Shown: piece after piece, positions 60,601-64,000 of the stretch
How the letters are laid out: each line of letters opens with the position of its first letter
Numbering within the stretch: the first letter of the stretch is position 1
Assembly: GCA_965112155.1 (NCBI GenBank)
Contig: OZ218103.1
Strand: one strand, 5' to 3'
From: Podarcis liolepis
Taxonomy: Eukaryota
Length of the DNA: 64,000 nt
Position numbers and translations under genes: made by a program
Notes under the pieces: generated by a model
What the model was told of the DNA's origin: nothing
The model's input: only the letters and a program-made list of their open reading frames with translations
Database searches by the model: none

Positions 60601-63534
60601 CCAGGCCTATTTACTGGGTGTGAGGGATCTCCCAAGGCCATGTCCACTCTCCTCAGGTCACTTCCCCTGTTTCCATGCCATGTCCCTCACAGACCCTGCT
60701 TCACACCCTCTTTGGGGGCTTTTGCCTGGCTGGAATGTGTTCTTGGAACTGGGACAGAGTGTGTGGCTTGTCTTGTTGGAAGATGGAGATAAGTGGGTAC
60801 AGAAACCTTGGGCTTTTGCAGAGTCACATCCATTGCTCTGCCTACTCCTGCCTCAAACTCTACCCACCATTGGCATGAGGCTTCCAAAACGTTGCCAGCA
60901 AGGAAATGCAGTCCTCAGCCTGAAAAATGTTCCACACCCCTGCTATAATCTATTATTCTCTTGGTCCCTCTGCTGAATTTGCCAAGGAGCAAGGTAGCTG
61001 GCATATTGTCTGAAGAGTGCTCAGAGATGCTACCCATCTAACATGGTGCAGACTGAGACCAGTTACTTAGGAGCAAATTGATTCCACATACGTGAAGTAA
61101 AACAGGTTATATTTCTACAAGGCTCTGTCAAGAGGGAACTGCAAAGCTGATAAAGAGGAGGATGAGAAGCTGCTTAAAGGATGGATGTCCTATATCCCAA
61201 TTGTGCTCCACACAATTCCAGGTCCCCTTTATTTCAATAATGATTTGAAGTGCAAGAGATCTCTCAAAAGCAGGAAAGACCACACAGAGCTATCCCAGTC
61301 CCCTCAACCTTCTTACCAATTCCTGAGGCCGAAGGCTGATGAGAATCCGCTCGGCATTCTCACTGTCATGCCTGCTCTCCATCAGGGCTAGCAAAAGCTT
61401 GGAGGCATTGTCCTAATAACAAACAAAAAAAAGATACTGCAGTAAAGATAGATGGTTTCAACACACCATGTATCCAGAGCGCACTCACTCTGCAGAGGAT
61501 CAATCCTCCATCAAAGCTACAAGAGAAATCAGGATTCCAAAGGGATGAGGGAGAGCAAGGAGGAACCAACACACACTATGATTGGGTGGGCAGTATTTTT
61601 GGCACAAAGAGCTAGAATGATCACATTCAAATACGTTCTAGTCTGACCATGAAATAATTGCATGCAGGAAGTCAACCCCCAACATGAAGCATCTCTTGCC
61701 ATCCCATATCTCCCATCCCCCCCTGTCCCATCACCACATTTCCAGCCAAGCCATCTACCTTTAGCTGAAGAACCAAGTCCATTCGGTACTTGCAGAGGGG
61801 GCTGATGTCATTGAGGATCAGGGCTGTGATGATGTCTATGCCGTTTGACTCATGGGTCACAATGCAGCTCTGTGGGTTAATACAAGCGAGTTACTCAACT
61901 GGCTCACAGCCGACTCAAAATCTCTGCTCCTATTCAAATGCTGAGACATAAAAATTGATGCTCTATCCAGCATCTCCATATTCTGAGTGTGTGAATCAAG
62001 CTGAACTCACGATTTCACTGGGTGATGAAGCAATGCGATTTTATCCACAAGTCAGTTGGGGTTACCTGGTTCTCATGACAGGGTCCCTGGCAATATTCTG
62101 TCAGTGTCTCCAGAGTCTGGGTGATGAGGGCCACATTGTATTCATTGATGTAGAGGCCCAACAAGCCCAGCCGTCCTGTGGTACTACCACACATAATATC
62201 CAGAAACTGCAGGGTTTCACACACCAGATTGTAGTTGGTTTTATTGTTCTGACAGCGGAGGAAGTTCTGTGAAACCAAGAGCAGAGTTTAAGAGGCATCT
62301 CAGTGGCAGGCATCTTTTCAACAGCAGACATCACTTGGATATGAAATATGCAGCAGAAGGGACCCATTTCAGTGCAAGATGCCCACCTGGAGATCCCGGT
62401 TGTGATTCTCACACAGCAGCTGCAGGAAGCGAAGAATTGGCTCCATGATCAAGACGGACACACCCATTTCATTGCTTTGGCTTCTATCCCTTGCATCATG
62501 GCCAGTCCGGAGCCCTACGCCCATTGGATAACGGGATGGGGCGCTGGGCAGCATGAAAGATGTGACTCGTTCTGCAAGGAAATCAACACTTGGTTACTGG
62601 CTTAGCGTATGAGCTGTGGCAACCTGTCTGGAAGGCCTAAAGCCAGTCTGTCTGACTCTTCAGAAAAAGAACCCTCAACAGGCATCCCCCTTTGTTCCAC
62701 TGAGCCTCTCTCTTCCTGTAAGCATCACCCAGCAGCTCAAGTGATGTCCCCTTTTTGACACTCTGGAAGACCCGGCCACTGAAGACTTTGTAACGTACTG
62801 ACAGAAGGCTCACCCATTTGCTGTCCTGGAGCATGGCTTCTACCAGGAAGTTGAAATACCATGTGGTTTAGGCTGGCAACAGTGATACACACCAAGGATC
62901 CCTGCCCCCAGTAATTAGGTGTTTCCCTAATATAGTCATTGCCAGCCTGGATGGCAGACAGCCTTTCACCTAAGCTGGGTGTTTTCTGGAGCTTTAGTTA
63001 ATTAAGGACCAAGTTAACCCTACACTTGCAGAATGCTGAGGGAGCTGGCTTAAAGATGGATGGAGATAAAAAATTAGCACCCATACTGTTTCTCAGTGCA
63101 AGGAACCTTTATTTTCCCATGGAGGGCTGCATTCCTTCAGGAGTAATCTATGGGGGAATGCTTGCTGGTGATGGGCAGGGCCAAAGTCAGCGTGTGGGGG
63201 AGCGGGGTAGAGCAAAAAGTGGTTGGGGCACTTCTATCTCTCTGTCTCTCTCCTCGTCATCCACATGAGGTTGAGGGTTACATGTGACCCATAAACCACA
63301 GGCTCCTCTCTGCTGTCAAAGGCTCTGGTGAGCCCAGAATAAACTGGGTTTCCACATACCTTTGCTGGTATGGTCTGGGGAGTCTTTGTCCTCACGAGGT
63401 TTGTTGCCAATATCGCTCATGTTCACAGTCACTGTAGACTTGACTTCCTGCTGAGCTTTCTTCATCCGGTCATGCAGAACTTTAAAGAACTTTTCTGACT
63501 TCTTGTCACCCGTCATCAAGTTATAGAATGATTT
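45540..63534 (-). CDS. ITPR3: Inositol 1,4,5-trisphosphate receptor type 3, 3' part (last 19 coding exons, 901 aa; 5' end outside window)
   Basis: 19 GT-AG exons totalling 2706 nt join in frame. They include [24 protein letters not shown], the six-TM channel region, the selectivity filter GGGVGD, the CFICG...EHNMWNY zinc-binding segment and the C-terminus [22 protein letters not shown]. Type 3 is assigned from C-terminal sequence and synteny with UQCC2/IP6K3. Confidence 0.96.
46688..46849 (-). CDS. ITPR3: ITPR3 penultimate exon ([16 protein letters not shown]...ELKEQ)
   Basis: 162 nt, canonical sites. Confidence 0.95.
47344..47504 (-). CDS. ITPR3: ITPR3 exon ([10 protein letters not shown]...YVAQMIK)
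   Basis: 161 nt, canonical sites. Confidence 0.95.
48361..48526 (-). CDS. ITPR3: ITPR3 exon, TM6 ([16 protein letters not shown]...TTCFIC)
   Basis: 166 nt, canonical sites. Confidence 0.96.
49063..49187 (-). CDS. ITPR3: ITPR3 exon, pore ([11 protein letters not shown]...[14 protein letters not shown])
   Basis: 125 nt; selectivity filter GGGVGD. Confidence 0.96.
49869..49973 (-). CDS. ITPR3: ITPR3 exon, luminal loop (GTPLGMQ...KVIE)
   Basis: 105 nt, phase 1-1; strong acceptor and G|gtaggt donor; conserved luminal Cys pair. Confidence 0.85.
50739..51242 (+). mobile_element. Probable solo LTR (Gypsy-like), 504 bp
   Basis: TGTCAGG...CCTGACA inverted termini (TG..CA); ATTAAA at about 51153 followed by a T-rich tract; no intact TSD. 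Confidence 0.6.
51927..52119 (-). CDS. ITPR3: ITPR3 exon ([11 protein letters not shown]...PNIKSK)
   Basis: 193 nt, canonical sites. Confidence 0.95.
52543..52707 (-). CDS. ITPR3: ITPR3 exon ([16 protein letters not shown]...FYSIL)
   Basis: 165 nt, canonical sites. Confidence 0.95.
52935..53190 (-). mobile_element. L2-like LINE 3' fragment
   Basis: A-rich reverse tail AAAATTTATACACTGCTTGATTG followed by AGTGAAGGCACCTACTTGATCTCAATAGGCAAGGG, recalled from squamate L2 3' ends. Confidence 0.45.
53284..53456 (-). CDS. ITPR3: ITPR3 exon (GLLDSPLI...ILGALN)
   Basis: 173 nt, canonical sites. Confidence 0.93.
54328..54453 (-). CDS. ITPR3: ITPR3 exon ([11 protein letters not shown]...EASSM), TM1
   Basis: 126 nt, phase 1-1. 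Confidence 0.93.
55846..56038 (-). CDS. ITPR3: ITPR3 exon ([16 protein letters not shown]...WQKKLR)
   Basis: 193 nt, canonical sites. Confidence 0.95.
57066..57176 (-). CDS. ITPR3: ITPR3 exon ([12 protein letters not shown]...HTSQIE)
   Basis: 111 nt, canonical sites. Confidence 0.93.
57828..58220 (+). mobile_element. Sauria SINE, near full length
   Basis: GGGATGCAGGTGGCGCTGTGGTCTAAACCACTGAGC head with A and B boxes, AACCTAGCAGTTTGAAAGCA, CATGCTGGCCACATGACC and an ACCTTT-type tail. Confidence 0.9.
59118..59204 (-). CDS. ITPR3: ITPR3 exon ([14 protein letters not shown]...ISSM)
   Basis: 87 nt, canonical sites. Confidence 0.93.
59647..59671. repeat. (AC)n microsatellite
   Basis: About 12 perfect AC units. 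Confidence 0.9.
60017..60118 (-). CDS. ITPR3: ITPR3 exon (VDVIKKAY...[10 protein letters not shown])
   Basis: 102 nt; donor CAG|gtatccttt. Confidence 0.94.
61317..61412 (-). CDS. ITPR3: ITPR3 exon ([15 protein letters not shown]...PQEL)
   Basis: 96 nt, canonical sites. Confidence 0.95.
61759..61869 (-). CDS. ITPR3: ITPR3 exon ([10 protein letters not shown]...LVLQLK)
   Basis: 111 nt, canonical sites. Confidence 0.95.
62066..62266 (-). CDS. ITPR3: ITPR3 exon (NFLRCQ...GPCHENQ)
   Basis: 201 nt, phase 0-0, canonical sites. Confidence 0.95.
62387..62571 (-). CDS. ITPR3: ITPR3 exon (ERVTSF...[10 protein letters not shown])
   Basis: ttgcag| acceptor, CAG|gtgggc donor, 185 nt. Confidence 0.93.
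63360..63534 (-). CDS. ITPR3: ITPR3 exon ([17 protein letters not shown]...HTSK)
   Basis: ctgaag| acceptor, G|gtatgt donor, 175 nt. Confidence 0.92.
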
Positions 63535-64000
63535 CTTCAGAAAGGGTGGGAGGAACAGGGACAGTGGTTAGACACTGAGTCCTCCTTTCAGGCTTCCAAT
63601 AAGCATTTGGGAAGCCGTTGCAAAAGAGCAGGGTGTTGGATTAATGGGCCTTTGGCCTGATCCAGTGGGGCTCCTGTTAAGTTCTTATCCTGCTAGGACC
63701 GACCATTTCTTCCAAGGCCATCTGAATTACCTTTAGCAATCACAAGGTCTTCTGACAGGCAGTTCAGGTTTCATATTACAATTGGGATCTGATGGTCACA
63801 ACACAAAATTCCTATCCTGCAGATTTCCACAAGCCAGACTCATACTAATTAACATTTTCCAGATTGTATCAAGAAAGAAAAGGATAATGACCACAATGGA
63901 AGGAAGGATACTCAGCTGAGGAAGTCCATGGTTTGGTCTGCACCATCAGATTTATAATATGACATCACGCTTCATCAACAATTTCCCTGAGAGGTAGGGA

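Overview
Vertebrate genomic DNA, very probably a squamate; the Sauria-type SINE, tRNA/CR1-tail SINEs, Penelope pLTR fragments and hAT/Tigger MITEs point to a lacertid lizard. It carries three spliced protein-coding genes in the same order and relative orientation as human 6p21.31. These are a complete IP6K3 CDS (+, 5 coding exons, 16084-30550, 410 aa), a complete UQCC2 CDS (+, 4 exons, 34508-42902, 125 aa) and the last 19 coding exons of ITPR3 (-, 63534-45540, 901 aa in window; the 5' part lies beyond the window). I checked all splice phases by hand and they join in frame. The rest is intron or intergenic DNA rich in short transposon relics. The most notable non-obvious signals are a minor-spliceosome (U12) intron in IP6K3, a perfect U12-type donor in an ITPR3 intron, a 146-bp perfect palindrome inside a TSD-flanked Penelope-like insertion centred on a hammerhead-ribozyme stem II, and a GC-box-rich hAT element that mimics an orphan CpG island. 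I found no convincing evidence of a wholly new biological system. Repeat family names come from recalled consensus features, not database searches.
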